From NCBI RefSeq assembly GCF_017876815.1, contig NZ_JAGIOS010000002.1, positions 990,001-1,022,000 of the forward strand: 32,000 nucleotides of DNA. The letters are read 5' to 3'. The notes beneath the pieces were generated by a model. That model saw only the letters and a program-made list of their open reading frames with translations, did no database searches and was not told where the DNA came from. Both the position numbers and the translations under genes were made by a program. Source of the DNA: Sinorhizobium meliloti. GTDB lineage: Bacteria; Pseudomonadota; Alphaproteobacteria; Rhizobiales; Rhizobiaceae. Below, one piece after another: positions 9,006 to 17,399 of this stretch (positions within the stretch are counted from its first letter, which is position 1; the number at the start of each line of letters is the position of its first letter).

Positions 9006-10052
9006 ATGACAGGGGAATTCAATCTGCGGCGGCGGCGGTTCATGGGAGTGGCGGCATTGACCGTCGCTGCGGCGCATTTCGGCGTCGGACGCGCCGCCCT
9101 CGCAAAATCAACGAGTGACGCTCGCATTCCGGCGACAACGCCGGGGACAAATACATCTTTCGCTGCGATAAAGCAGATTGACGCGGGGGTCCTCAACATA
9201 GGGTATGCGGAGGCGGGCGCGAGCGATGCGCCTGTGGTCATCCTGCTGCATGGCTGGCCCTATGACATCCACACCTATGTCGATGTGGCGCCCCTGCTCG
9301 CGAAGGCGGGCTACCGGGTCGTCGTTCCTTATCTGCGCGGCTACGGCACGACGCGTTTTCTCTCCCCCGATACACCGCGCAACGGCCAGCAGGCGGCGAT
9401 CGCCGCCGATATCGTCGCCCTGATGGATGCGCTCGGCATCGAGAAGGCCGTCATCGCCGGCTGCGATTGGGGCGCGCGAACCGCCAATATCATCGCCGCA
9501 CTCTGGCCGGAGCGCTGCAAGGCGTTGGTTTCGGTGAGCGGCTATCTGATCGGCAGCCGTGAAACCAATAAAAAGCCTTTGCCGCCGAAGGCGGAGCTTG
9601 CCTGGTGGTACCAGTTCTACTTCGCCACGGAACGCGGGCGCGCGGGCTATGAACAGTACCGGAAGGACTTCGCCAAACTCATCTGGCAGCTCGCATCGCC
9701 GAAATGGAATTTTGACGACGCCACCTTCGATCGAAGCGCTGCGGCCTTGGACAACCCGGATCATGTCGATATCACCGTCAACAATTACCGCTGGCGGATC
9801 AGCCTTGCCGACGGCGAGAGCAAATATGACGGGCTGGAAAACAGGCTTGCCGAACTGCCGGTGATCGGTGTTCCGACGATCACATTGGAGGGCGATGCCA
9901 ACGGCGCTCCGCATCCGGAGCCAGCGGCCTATGCGAAGAAGTTCTCCGGCAAGTACGAGCACCGGCTGATCTCGGGCGGCATCGGTCACAACCTGCCGCA
10001 GGAAGCCCCACAAGCCTTTGCCCAGGCGGTCGTCGACGTCGATCGCCTCTGA
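9006..10052 (+). CDS. Tat-exported alpha/beta hydrolase of the Asp-nucleophile (epoxide hydrolase/dehalogenase-like) class, 348 aa
   Basis: Twin-arginine signal NLRRRRFMGVAALTVAAAHFG..ALA. HGWP oxyanion motif (LLHGWPYD). Nucleophile elbow GCDWGA. Start re-set to ATG 9006 behind SD CAGGAGAAG. Confidence 0.8.
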   Translation: MTGEFNLRRRRFMGVAALTVAAAHFGVGRAALAKSTSDARIPATTPGTNTSFAAIKQIDAGVLNIGYAEAGASDAPVVILLHGWPYDIHTYVDVAPLLAKAGYRVVVPYLRGYGTTRFLSPDTPRNGQQAAIAADIVALMDALGIEKAVIAGCDWGARTANIIAALWPERCKALVSVSGYLIGSRETNKKPLPPKAELAWWYQFYFATERGRAGYEQYRKDFAKLIWQLASPKWNFDDATFDRSAAALDNPDHVDITVNNYRWRISLADGESKYDGLENRLAELPVIGVPTITLEGDANGAPHPEPAAYAKKFSGKYEHRLISGGIGHNLPQEAPQAFAQAVVDVDRL

Positions 10053-10269
10053 TCGCCTTCGCCTGCGGAGCAATGTCTTCGTATCGAACTGTATCCGCAG
10101 GCGGTCCGTGAGGCTTGGCTTACAATTTCAGCCCCTTGCGAAACATCCCGTACACGTGCGGGGCGGCATATGTCTCTCGACAGTCGGACGAGGCATGAAG
10201 CTTCCGTCCCGCATCGTCAACGGAGAAGGCACATGGCGCCTTGCGCCTCCCAAACAAGAGGAGAATGAC

Positions 10270-10935
10270 ATGACCACCGCAATCAACAGCGAAAGAGCCC
10301 GGCCGGTCGATATGAAGCTCGAAGTTATCGTCGTGCCCGTGTCGGATGTCGACCGCGCAAAGGAATTCTACGCGAGCCTCGGCTGGAGGCTCGACGCCGA
10401 CTTTGCCGGTGCCGACGGCTACCGCGTGATACAATTTACCCCGCCCGGATCCGGTGCCTCGGTCATCTTCGGAAGGCATGTGACCGATGCGGAGCCCGGT
10501 TCTGCGCAGGGACTGTACCTCATCGTCTCCGACATCGAGGCCGCCCGCGAGGAGTTGCGCGGTCGCGGCGTCGACATCAGCGAGGTATTCCATGCGGGCG
10601 ACGTGAATGCCGGCAGCGACGAGCCCTATCTGTTCGGGACGCATCGTGCCGGCGGCCGTGATCCCGAGCGCCGCAGCTATCGTTCCTACGCATCGTTCCG
10701 CGATCCGGACGGCAATGGCTGGCTGTTCCAGGAGGTCACCGCGCGATTGCCCGGGCGCGTCGACCCGGACGGAACGGCGTTCAGTTCGGCTGCCGATCTC
10801 GCAGCCGCGTTCCGCCGCGCCGAAGCGGCCCACGGCGAGTACGAGAAGCAGCTCGGACACAGGGACGAGGACTGGTCCATCTGGTACGCCGATTACATTG
10901 TCCGGGAGCAGACCGGCGAGGCGCAGCCAGCCTGA
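10270..10935 (+). CDS. VOC (glyoxalase/bleomycin-resistance/dioxygenase) family protein, 221 aa
   Basis: MKLEVIVVPVSDVDRAKEFYASLGWRLDADF.. is typical of VOC folds. Start re-set to ATG 10270 behind SD AGAGGAG. Confidence 0.75.
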   Translation: MTTAINSERARPVDMKLEVIVVPVSDVDRAKEFYASLGWRLDADFAGADGYRVIQFTPPGSGASVIFGRHVTDAEPGSAQGLYLIVSDIEAAREELRGRGVDISEVFHAGDVNAGSDEPYLFGTHRAGGRDPERRSYRSYASFRDPDGNGWLFQEVTARLPGRVDPDGTAFSSAADLAAAFRRAEAAHGEYEKQLGHRDEDWSIWYADYIVREQTGEAQPA

Positions 10936-10965
10936 GACACTGCAGGCTGAAACGATGGTGCATAG

Positions 10966-10995
10966 CGGGGCGGCCGAGACCGCCCCGTTCGTTTT
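10966..10995 (+). terminator. Rho-independent-type terminator after the VOC gene
   Basis: cggggcgg (10966-10973) / ccgccccg (10980-10987), then the T-rich tail ttcgtttt. Confidence 0.7.
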
Positions 10996-11056
10996 GCTAA
11001 GCCGCCGGTCTTGCGGATCCGGCCGGGGTCGATAGTTCCTCAGGCAGTACTCCGAG

Positions 11057-11156
11057 CACTTCCAGGTAAAGTGTGTAACGGGTTTCCGTCCGCAGGTGCG
11101 TCGTTTCAAAGGGCTAGAGAGTTCCACTGTTTCATTGAAACAGTGGAACTCTCTAG
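11057..11156. repeat. Interspersed rhizobial intergenic repeat (RIME/REP-like): conserved 47-nt module plus a 43-bp near-perfect palindrome
   Basis: 11057-11103 matches 26456-26502 at 38 of 47 positions by hand alignment (core gtttccgtccgca[g/a]gtgcgt). 11114-11134 (ctagagagttccactgtttca) is the exact reverse complement of 11136-11156. Confidence 0.75.
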
Positions 11157-12470
11157 GGAGAGCTCCGCCGCAAGGCCGCCACCGTCGCGGTTGCGCAAGG
11201 TCAGGGAGCCGCCGATGACCGTCGCGAGCTGCTGGGCGATTGCGAGGCCGAGCCCGGTCCCGCCCGTATCCCGGCTGCGTGATTGCTCCAGGCGGAAGAA
11301 GGGCTGCAGAACCGCTTCGAGCTGGTCTTCCGGAATGCCGGGACCGCGATCGAGGACCTTTATGGTCACGGTGCCCTCGGGGCGGCGCTGAACCTCGATC
11401 TCGGCGCTGCCGCCGAATTTCAGCGCATTGTCGATCAGGTTGGTGAGAATCCGTCTCAAGGCGTGCGGCCGGGTCACGATTGCGCCGTCACCCAATTCGG
11501 CGACCGTGACGGCCTTGCCGGTGTCCTGATAATCATACGCCAAACTCTCGATGAACGAGGCGAGATCTATGCGAGAAGCCTTTTCGTCCTTGCCGTGGGC
11601 GCTGCGCGCATAGGCAACGCCCTCCTTGACGAGACGTTCGACCTCGTCGAGGTCCGTGATCAGCTTGTCTCTTTCGATGGACGCTTCGGCCATTTCCGCG
11701 CGGAGTTTCATCCGGGTGATCGGTGTTTGCAGGTCATGCGAGATCGCGGCCAGTATCTGCACGCGCTCCTCCAGATACTGCGCGATGCGATCCCGCATCG
11801 CGTTGAATGCCGTCGCCGCATAGGCGACTTCCCTCGGTCCGGTCTCGCTGAGGCGCGGCGTCCTGCTGTTCGGATCGAGCGTGTCGGCGGCCTTCGCCAG
11901 ATCGGCGAGCGGGCGGGTGGCCTGGCGCACGGCAAACCAGCTGCACAGGACCAGAAGGGAAAGCTGAGCGACGAGGACGTAAGGCAGCCAGTCGGCAACC
12001 GGCATGACGCCCCTTGGCGTGATGTCTATCGTCAGCGGCTCGCCATCACTCAAGCGAAGGTGGGCCTGAAGACGGCGGACGCCGCCGGGAATGGATTCGA
12101 CCTCGATCGGGTATTTCGCGCCGATTGCAGCCCGGACCTTGTCGGCGACCTCGACGTCGGCCTCATTGAGCACGCGACTGCCCGGAAGGCCCCGCCCCAG
12201 GACGAAGCGGTAGGACCCGCGCTCGAGCCGGCCCAGCCAGGCGGCGCGTTCGGTCGCGGGGAGCCGGTCGAGAATGGCGATCGACGTCGCGACGTCGGTT
12301 TCGAGCGTATTGAACATCACCGATCTGGCGGCGATGTAGCGTTCCGAAAACAGCGCCGCAAACGACATGGCGTGGGCGATCGTCAGGCCGGCGAGAAGGA
12401 TAACGAAAAGCCGCGCCCTGAGTGTGCGCGGCCATAGGTGAATACCATGGAGAATCGACCGCGCCGCCAT
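11106..12470 (-). CDS. Sensor histidine kinase (EnvZ-like: 2 TM, HAMP, HisKA, HATPase_c), 454 aa
   Basis: H-box AAISHDLQTPITRM, N-box LTNLIDNALKFG, G-boxes LDRGPGIP and GGTGLGLAIA. Two hydrophobic segments flank a periplasmic-size domain. ATG 12470 overlaps the regulator's TGA (TGATG). The last ~17 codons lie inside the repeat at 11106-11160. Confidence 0.9.
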   Translation of the reverse strand: MAARSILHGIHLWPRTLRARLFVILLAGLTIAHAMSFAALFSERYIAARSVMFNTLETDVATSIAILDRLPATERAAWLGRLERGSYRFVLGRGLPGSRVLNEADVEVADKVRAAIGAKYPIEVESIPGGVRRLQAHLRLSDGEPLTIDITPRGVMPVADWLPYVLVAQLSLLVLCSWFAVRQATRPLADLAKAADTLDPNSRTPRLSETGPREVAYAATAFNAMRDRIAQYLEERVQILAAISHDLQTPITRMKLRAEMAEASIERDKLITDLDEVERLVKEGVAYARSAHGKDEKASRIDLASFIESLAYDYQDTGKAVTVAELGDGAIVTRPHALRRILTNLIDNALKFGGSAEIEVQRRPEGTVTIKVLDRGPGIPEDQLEAVLQPFFRLEQSRSRDTGGTGLGLAIAQQLATVIGGSLTLRNRDGGGLAAELSLESSTVSMKQWNSLAL

Positions 12471-13207
12471 CAGCGGGGCTCCATGATCTCGACCGGCACC
12501 GAGAAAACATAGCCTTCGCTGCGGACGGTCTTGATATAGGTCGGTTCCCGAGCATCGTCGCCGAGGCGCTGGCGTACCCGGCTGACCAGGAGATCGATCG
12601 ATCGGTCGAAGAGCTCGGCCTCGCGCCCCTGTGTGAGGTTGAGGAGCTGATCGCGGTTGAGGACGCGCTGCGGGTGGTCGACGAAGACGCGCAGCAGCCG
12701 GTATTCGGCGCCGCTGAGTGCAATCGCAGTACCATCCGCATCGATGAGATGCCTTGCCGTCGTGTCCAGCTTCCATTGGCCGAAACGCAACAGCTGACCT
12801 GCCTCCGAGACCTGCAGGTTCGCTGGCAGCATCCGCGCGCGCCGCAGGACCGCCTTGATGCGGGCGAGCAGTTCGCGCGCCGAGAAGGGTTTGGCGATAT
12901 AGTCGTCGGCGCCCATTTCCAGCCCGATGATGCGGTCCATCTCGTCCGAGCGGGCGGTCAGCATGACGATGGGCGTCGCCTTGTGTCTGCCGACGCGCAG
13001 CTCGCGGCTCAAGACGAGGCCGTCGTCGCCCGGCATCATCAGATCGAGGATGATCAGATCGACTGTATTTGCCTCGAGGAAGGTCCGCATCTGCCGCCCG
13101 TCGGCAACGGCGGTCACCCGCAGACCGTTCTTCTTCAGGTAAGCGGACACAAGCTCGCGGATTTCCCGATCGTCATCGACGATCAGGATGTGATCGATGT
13201 GCTCCAT
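12470..13207 (-). CDS. OmpR-family response regulator (245 aa)
   Basis: Receiver domain ILIVDDDREIRE.., LIILDLMMPG. Winged-helix C-terminus (YIKTVRSEGYVF). Coupled to the downstream kinase. Confidence 0.95.
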   Translation of the reverse strand: MEHIDHILIVDDDREIRELVSAYLKKNGLRVTAVADGRQMRTFLEANTVDLIILDLMMPGDDGLVLSRELRVGRHKATPIVMLTARSDEMDRIIGLEMGADDYIAKPFSARELLARIKAVLRRARMLPANLQVSEAGQLLRFGQWKLDTTARHLIDADGTAIALSGAEYRLLRVFVDHPQRVLNRDQLLNLTQGREAELFDRSIDLLVSRVRQRLGDDAREPTYIKTVRSEGYVFSVPVEIMEPR

Positions 13208-13298
13208 GGCAAGACACCCCTTTGACCGCCATTTCTTATCAGAACGAGAATGCCGTGACAGCAGTATTCATCGGCTCGTGCCTGTGGCAATGCAGCGG

Positions 13299-14633
13299 TC
13301 AACGCAAGGACCGGAAAGCGGCACGCAGCTCGGCGCTGAAGAGATCCGGCTCTTCCCAGGCGGCGAAATGTCCGCCTCTGTCCACGCGGTTATAGTAGAT
13401 GAGATTGCGGTACGCCCGCGCCGCCCAGCTCTTCGGCGGCCTGTAGACCTCGCCGGGGAAAACCGTCACTGCCGCCGGGATCACGATCTCGGCCAGCTTG
13501 TTGCCGACTGCATTGTTCTCCCAGTAGATCCGCCCGCTCGAGGTCGCCGTGTTCGTCAGCCAATAAAGCGTGATGTTGTCCAGAATCTCGTCGCGGCTCA
13601 ATACGCGTTCCGGTTCGCCGCGGGTGAACACCCAGTCCGCGAGCTTGTCATAGAACCATGCAGCCAACCCGGCGGGCGAGTCGGCAAGACCATAGCCGAC
13701 TGTTTGCGGACGCGTTCCCATGATCGCCGCATATCCGAAGCCCGTCTTGAGAAAGGCTCTGGCCTCGTCGAACACCGCCCGTTCCTCCGCGGTCAAATTC
13801 GCAGGTGCAGGATCTCCGCTTCTCAGCGCTTTGGCAATTTCCGGCGGAATGGTAGTTGAGCGCTCGACCCTGTTCACATGGATGCCGAGCAGGCCCGATG
13901 GAGCCTGGCGGCCCATCGCGTCAGAAATGATGGCACCCCAGTCTCCGCCCTGCGATACGTAGCGCGTATAGCCGAGACGCTTCATCAGGACGTCCCAGGC
14001 GCGCGCGACCCGCTCCGGGTTCCAGCCGGTGCCTTTCGGCTTTTCGGAAAAGCCGAAGCCGGGGAGGGACGGAAGCACGAGATGGAAGGCGTCGCCCGCG
14101 GTCCCTCCATGTGCCGTCGGATCGGTCAGCGGGCCGACGACCTTCAGCAACTCGAAGATCGAACCCGGCCAGCCGTGGGTCATGATGAGAGGCAATGCGT
14201 TCGCATGAGGCGAGCGGACGTGGATGAAGTGAATGTCCAGACCGTCGATATCTGTCAGGAACTGCGGCAAGGCATTGAGTTTTGCTTCGGCCTTACGCCA
14301 ATCATAGGCCGTCTCCCAGTAGTCCAGCAGTGCCTGAAGCTTCGCAAGCTGCACGCCCTGGGACCGGTCTTCGACCGTTTCCGGGTCGGGCCAGCGTGTC
14401 GCGGCCAGCCGGCGGCGCAGACCGGCGAGTTCTGCCGCCGGAACGTCCACTCGAAACGGGCGGATGTCGCCATCCTTGAATGGCACCGCGGTGCCCGCTT
14501 GGGCGACTGCCGCCGAAGGGCGAAACGTCGCGAGGGCCGCCACCGTGGCTCCGTTCAGGAGCAGAGACCGGCGGGAGAGCACGGAGCCGCCGTTTGTTGT
14601 CGCGCCGCTTTCTCGGAGGTTCTCAGCATCCAT
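13299..14633 (-). CDS. Tat-exported epoxide hydrolase family protein (N-terminal EH domain plus alpha/beta fold), 444 aa
   Basis: Twin-arginine signal LSRRSLLLNGATVAALATF..AVAQA. HGWPGS motif. Asp-nucleophile elbow QGGDWGA. Overall microsomal-EH-like layout. Confidence 0.85.
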   Translation of the reverse strand: MDAENLRESGATTNGGSVLSRRSLLLNGATVAALATFRPSAAVAQAGTAVPFKDGDIRPFRVDVPAAELAGLRRRLAATRWPDPETVEDRSQGVQLAKLQALLDYWETAYDWRKAEAKLNALPQFLTDIDGLDIHFIHVRSPHANALPLIMTHGWPGSIFELLKVVGPLTDPTAHGGTAGDAFHLVLPSLPGFGFSEKPKGTGWNPERVARAWDVLMKRLGYTRYVSQGGDWGAIISDAMGRQAPSGLLGIHVNRVERSTTIPPEIAKALRSGDPAPANLTAEERAVFDEARAFLKTGFGYAAIMGTRPQTVGYGLADSPAGLAAWFYDKLADWVFTRGEPERVLSRDEILDNITLYWLTNTATSSGRIYWENNAVGNKLAEIVIPAAVTVFPGEVYRPPKSWAARAYRNLIYYNRVDRGGHFAAWEEPDLFSAELRAAFRSLR

Positions 14634-14642
14634 GACGGACGC

Positions 14643-15044
14643 TCACTTGACCGGAACGACGAGCGGGGAGCCTTTTTCGACGATATATGTCGCGAGCTCC
14701 GATGCCTTGCCGTTGCCGACGTTTTTCGCGAGATGAGCCGCCCCGGCCGGAATGAACAAGGCGTCGCCGGCATGAAGCGTGACCGGCGCTCTCCCCTCGA
14801 GCTGATATTCCAGCGAGCCTTCGAGCACATAGGCCACCTCTTCGCCCGGATGGGAGTGCTTGATGGAGACTGCACCGGGATCGAAGTCGACGCGCACCTG
14901 GACTGTTTCTCGGCCCGGCTGGCCGAGATCGTGTTGCAACAGGTCGGTGCGGTGAAGTCCCGCTTGTTGAGCCTTAGCCGCTTGCAACGCCAACCCACTT
15001 CCAACGACCAGCAGCGCGGCCGCCAAGATCCGAGACGTTTTCAT
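14643..15044 (-). CDS. Exported cupin-domain protein (about 133 aa)
   Basis: Signal peptide MKTSRILAAALLVVGSGLALQAAKA. Cupin motif IKHSHPGEEVAYVLEG...H. Start preferred at ATG 15044 (SD AAGGA 8 nt upstream); in-frame alternatives at 15053 and 15065. Ends 9 nt before the EH gene start. Confidence 0.8.
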   Translation of the reverse strand: MKTSRILAAALLVVGSGLALQAAKAQQAGLHRTDLLQHDLGQPGRETVQVRVDFDPGAVSIKHSHPGEEVAYVLEGSLEYQLEGRAPVTLHAGDALFIPAGAAHLAKNVGNGKASELATYIVEKGSPLVVPVK

Positions 15045-15714
15045 AGAGGTCATCCTTTCCCGCATTGGCCGAGGCCCGTCCTCGATGCCAGTGCGGCTAT
15101 TTGAATGACTGCGTGTATTGACGATGTGTCGGCCGGGCGGGACTTTTGTAACGGCATGTGTCAGCGGCGAAGGCGCCAGCCGAGCAATTGCGGAGGAACG
15201 GCCTTCGCGCAGCGACGCCGACGATGGTCGCGCTATTCGCCGGCCCCGCCCGCATCAAATCCGATCGAGGCTGCGCCACGGCGCCTGGCGGTCCAGGATG
15301 GTCGATCCGGGGCACCAGATCGACGAGCGGTTCCATGGGCTCGCTTGCTGGCGCCACAGCGGACCGAACCACAGAAGCACGAGCGCCGTTCCCAGCGGGA
15401 GGGCCGGGATAGCGATGAACAATGCCGTTTGCATAAGCTTTGTCGGTCACGCGAGTGACCGCTCCTATCGGCCGTCGTGCGGCCTCTCGATTCTTACAAC
15501 CGGATGGCCCCAAGAAAGTTCCTTGCAGTAGGTCGCGATCAAGGAAAGGCTGCAGTCGCTCAGCGGCGACATCCCCCATATTAAGGCCCGAGACCTCGCA
15601 TCTGCGGCAATGGGAAATACCATTGGCGAGGACGCCGAGCTGCAGAGCGGAGACCGGGTGCCGCAATTCGTTAAATGAGGGTTGGTGGGCGAGCCGGTAT
15701 TTCTCGTGCTGTGC

Positions 15715-15740
15715 GGAACGATTCACTCAGGCCGCAGGTT
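15715..15740 (+). promoter_or_regulatory. EcfG/RpoE2-type general-stress promoter upstream of the DUF4142 gene
   Basis: GGAAC-gattcactcaggccgca-GGTT (N17), ending 25 nt before ATG 15765. Confidence 0.6.
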
Positions 15741-15764
15741 AGGTGGCCTTCGGAGGTATCCCCG

Positions 15765-16268
15765 ATGAGAACCCTCAACGCCACCCTCGCCGCGATAGTG
15801 TTGTGCCTCGCGCCTTTCTTGGCCGTGTCCGCTCGGGGCGAGCCCTTGCAGCCCCAGGAATTCGCGCGGAGAATGTCGATGTCGAACCTCTTCGAGATGG
15901 AGGCGGCAAAACTCGCGCGGCAACGCGGCAAAGGGCGCGAGGTACTGGAATTCGCCGAGCGGATGCTTGCGGATCACGCGCGAGCCGGCAAGGAACTGAC
16001 AGAAGCCGCACGAAAGGATGGCGTGGAATTTTCCCAGTCGCTCGACAAGGCCGGCGAGGAGAAGCTTGCCGCGCTGCGGGCGCTCAGCGGTGCCGCCTTC
16101 GACCCGGCCTACCTGTCCTCCCAGGTTACTGCGCATGAAGATGCTCTGGAGCTTCTCAAGAATTACGCGGAGCAAGGGGAGGCCGGCGCGCTGAAAGCCT
16201 TTGCCGAGTCCACTTATCCGACGGTCAGAACCCATTTGCTCCAGGTTCAGTCCATGACATCCCAGTGA
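15765..16268 (+). CDS. DUF4142-like exported protein (167 aa)
   Basis: Signal peptide MRTLNATLAAIVLCLAPFLAVSA. All-helical repeats (NLFEMEAAKLARQRG.., FAERMLADHARAGKEL, FDPAYLSSQVTAHEDALELL). SD GGAGG before ATG 15765. Confidence 0.75.
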   Translation: MRTLNATLAAIVLCLAPFLAVSARGEPLQPQEFARRMSMSNLFEMEAAKLARQRGKGREVLEFAERMLADHARAGKELTEAARKDGVEFSQSLDKAGEEKLAALRALSGAAFDPAYLSSQVTAHEDALELLKNYAEQGEAGALKAFAESTYPTVRTHLLQVQSMTSQ

Positions 16269-16405
16269 GCGTTCCCGAGGGGTTCGAGGTGGGCCTGCCA
16301 GGTGGGCCTGCCATCGACCCGAACACCCGTCAGTTATGTCCCCGGGCTAAACACTCGTCACAGGGATCCAGCCAGACCAAGTCCTTGGCTGAAAGAACTC
16401 TTCCC

Positions 16406-16452
16406 GCGCCGCAGACGCGGCGCTGCTGGATCTCTGTGACAAGCACAGAGAT
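16406..16452. terminator. Two adjacent hairpins in the convergent DUF4142/BON intergenic region
   Basis: gcgccgc (16406-16412) / gcggcgc (16417-16423), and atctctgtg (16430-16438) / cacagagat (16444-16452). Confidence 0.45.
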
Positions 16453-16547
16453 GAGGAGGAGAGATTGCAGTCATCCGACACGTTCCTGGGCCGTGCAGGC
16501 GGTACACACTTTTCCTGCAAGAGCCATTTTCCCCGGATGCCTGCCTC

Positions 16548-17234
16548 TCAGGCGATGTTGCGGTCGGTGTTGCCGGCATTCCAGCCGGGTGATCCTCCCG
16601 ATGGGCGGATGCGAAGGTTGTTCTGGACATGCTTCACGCCGGAGACGGCTTCGGCGCAGTCCTCGGCGCGGCGTTTGGCCCATTTGGAATCGACCAAACC
16701 GCTCAGCTGGACTTCGCCATTGGTGACCGAGACCGCGATATCGGAGGCGTCGAGCATTCCTTCGTCGCTGAGGCGATCGCTCACGTCTTCCTGGATGCGG
16801 GCGTCCGAACGGGTGTAGCCCTTGGGACCTTTGCCGCGATGCTGATCCAGCTCGCGTCTGCGCTCGGCGTCCTCGTCGCCCAACCAGGACGCGACTTCGT
16901 CGCTGGCGCGTTCGAGAAAGCCGCGCTCCCCGTAGCCCCTGCCGCGATCGGGATACCCCTCGCCATAGTCATCGTCGCGGTAATAGCCTCCACCGCCGAA
17001 GTAACCTGGGCCGTATGCGCGTTCCCGTTCCCAGCTGTCATCGTGCCCGCGATATGTGCCGGAACGGCCCGGCTCGGCGCCGGCAAAATACTCCGGGCTC
17101 CCGTAATCCGTAAGCCGCGGACCGGCAGTCAGGGCGCGGCGCCTCTCGTCCTCGTAGGATCTGCCGCGCCGGCGCCGGTCCGACTCGGGATAGCTCTCGT
17201 AGACGTCGCGGCTCCAGCTCCTGTTCCTGGCCAT
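16548..17234 (-). CDS. BON-domain stress protein with a disordered R/D/E/G/Y-rich N-terminal half (SWFGD-like motif SWLGD), 228 aa
   Basis: C-terminal BON-like segment (IQEDVSDRLSDEGMLDASDIAVSVTNGEVQLSGLVDSKWAKRRAEDCAEAVSGVKHVQNNLRI). Low-complexity GYG/YYRDDDY region. SD AGGAGG before ATG 17234. Confidence 0.8.
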   Translation of the reverse strand: MARNRSWSRDVYESYPESDRRRRGRSYEDERRRALTAGPRLTDYGSPEYFAGAEPGRSGTYRGHDDSWERERAYGPGYFGGGGYYRDDDYGEGYPDRGRGYGERGFLERASDEVASWLGDEDAERRRELDQHRGKGPKGYTRSDARIQEDVSDRLSDEGMLDASDIAVSVTNGEVQLSGLVDSKWAKRRAEDCAEAVSGVKHVQNNLRIRPSGGSPGWNAGNTDRNIA

Positions 17235-17270
17235 GATCTCCTCCTTGGCTTGGTTCGTCGACGTCGGTCA

Positions 17271-17295
17271 AACCCGCGAGCGGTCACTCGGTTCC
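17271..17295 (-). promoter_or_regulatory. EcfG/RpoE2-type promoter for the BON gene
   Basis: Minus strand reads GGAAC-cgagtgaccgctcgcg-GGTT (N16), ending 37 nt before ATG 17234. Confidence 0.6.
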
Positions 17296-17350
17296 GGCGC
17301 AATGAGAGCTCCGGCGCAGGCCGGGGCATGTCGCGGAAGCAGGACCGTCC

Positions 17351-17375
17351 GGAACCTTCGGCGGCCGACACGGTT
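17351..17375 (+). promoter_or_regulatory. EcfG/RpoE2-type promoter for the small membrane ORF
   Basis: GGAAC-cttcggcggccgacac-GGTT (N16), ending 25 nt before ATG 17400. Divergent from the BON promoter. Confidence 0.55.
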
Positions 17376-17399
17376 GGCTGCATTTGAGGAGATACGACG

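Noticed and set aside
11283-12437. 384-aa plus-strand ORF
   Set aside because: Antisense to the histidine kinase (H, N and G boxes present on the minus strand).
13878-15104. 408-aa plus-strand ORF
   Set aside because: Antisense to the epoxide hydrolase and cupin genes, both of which carry clear catalytic and signal motifs.
15097-15726. 209-aa minus-strand ORF as a real gene
   Set aside because: GTG start without SD, composition typical of non-coding GC-rich frames, and no recognisable domain. It also overlaps the predicted stress promoter of the DUF4142 gene. Kept only as part of an unassigned-region finding.
16465-16818. 117-aa TTG-start ORF behind the SD-like GAGGAGGAG
   Set aside because: Most of it is antisense to the well-supported BON-domain gene. 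The translation is featureless.
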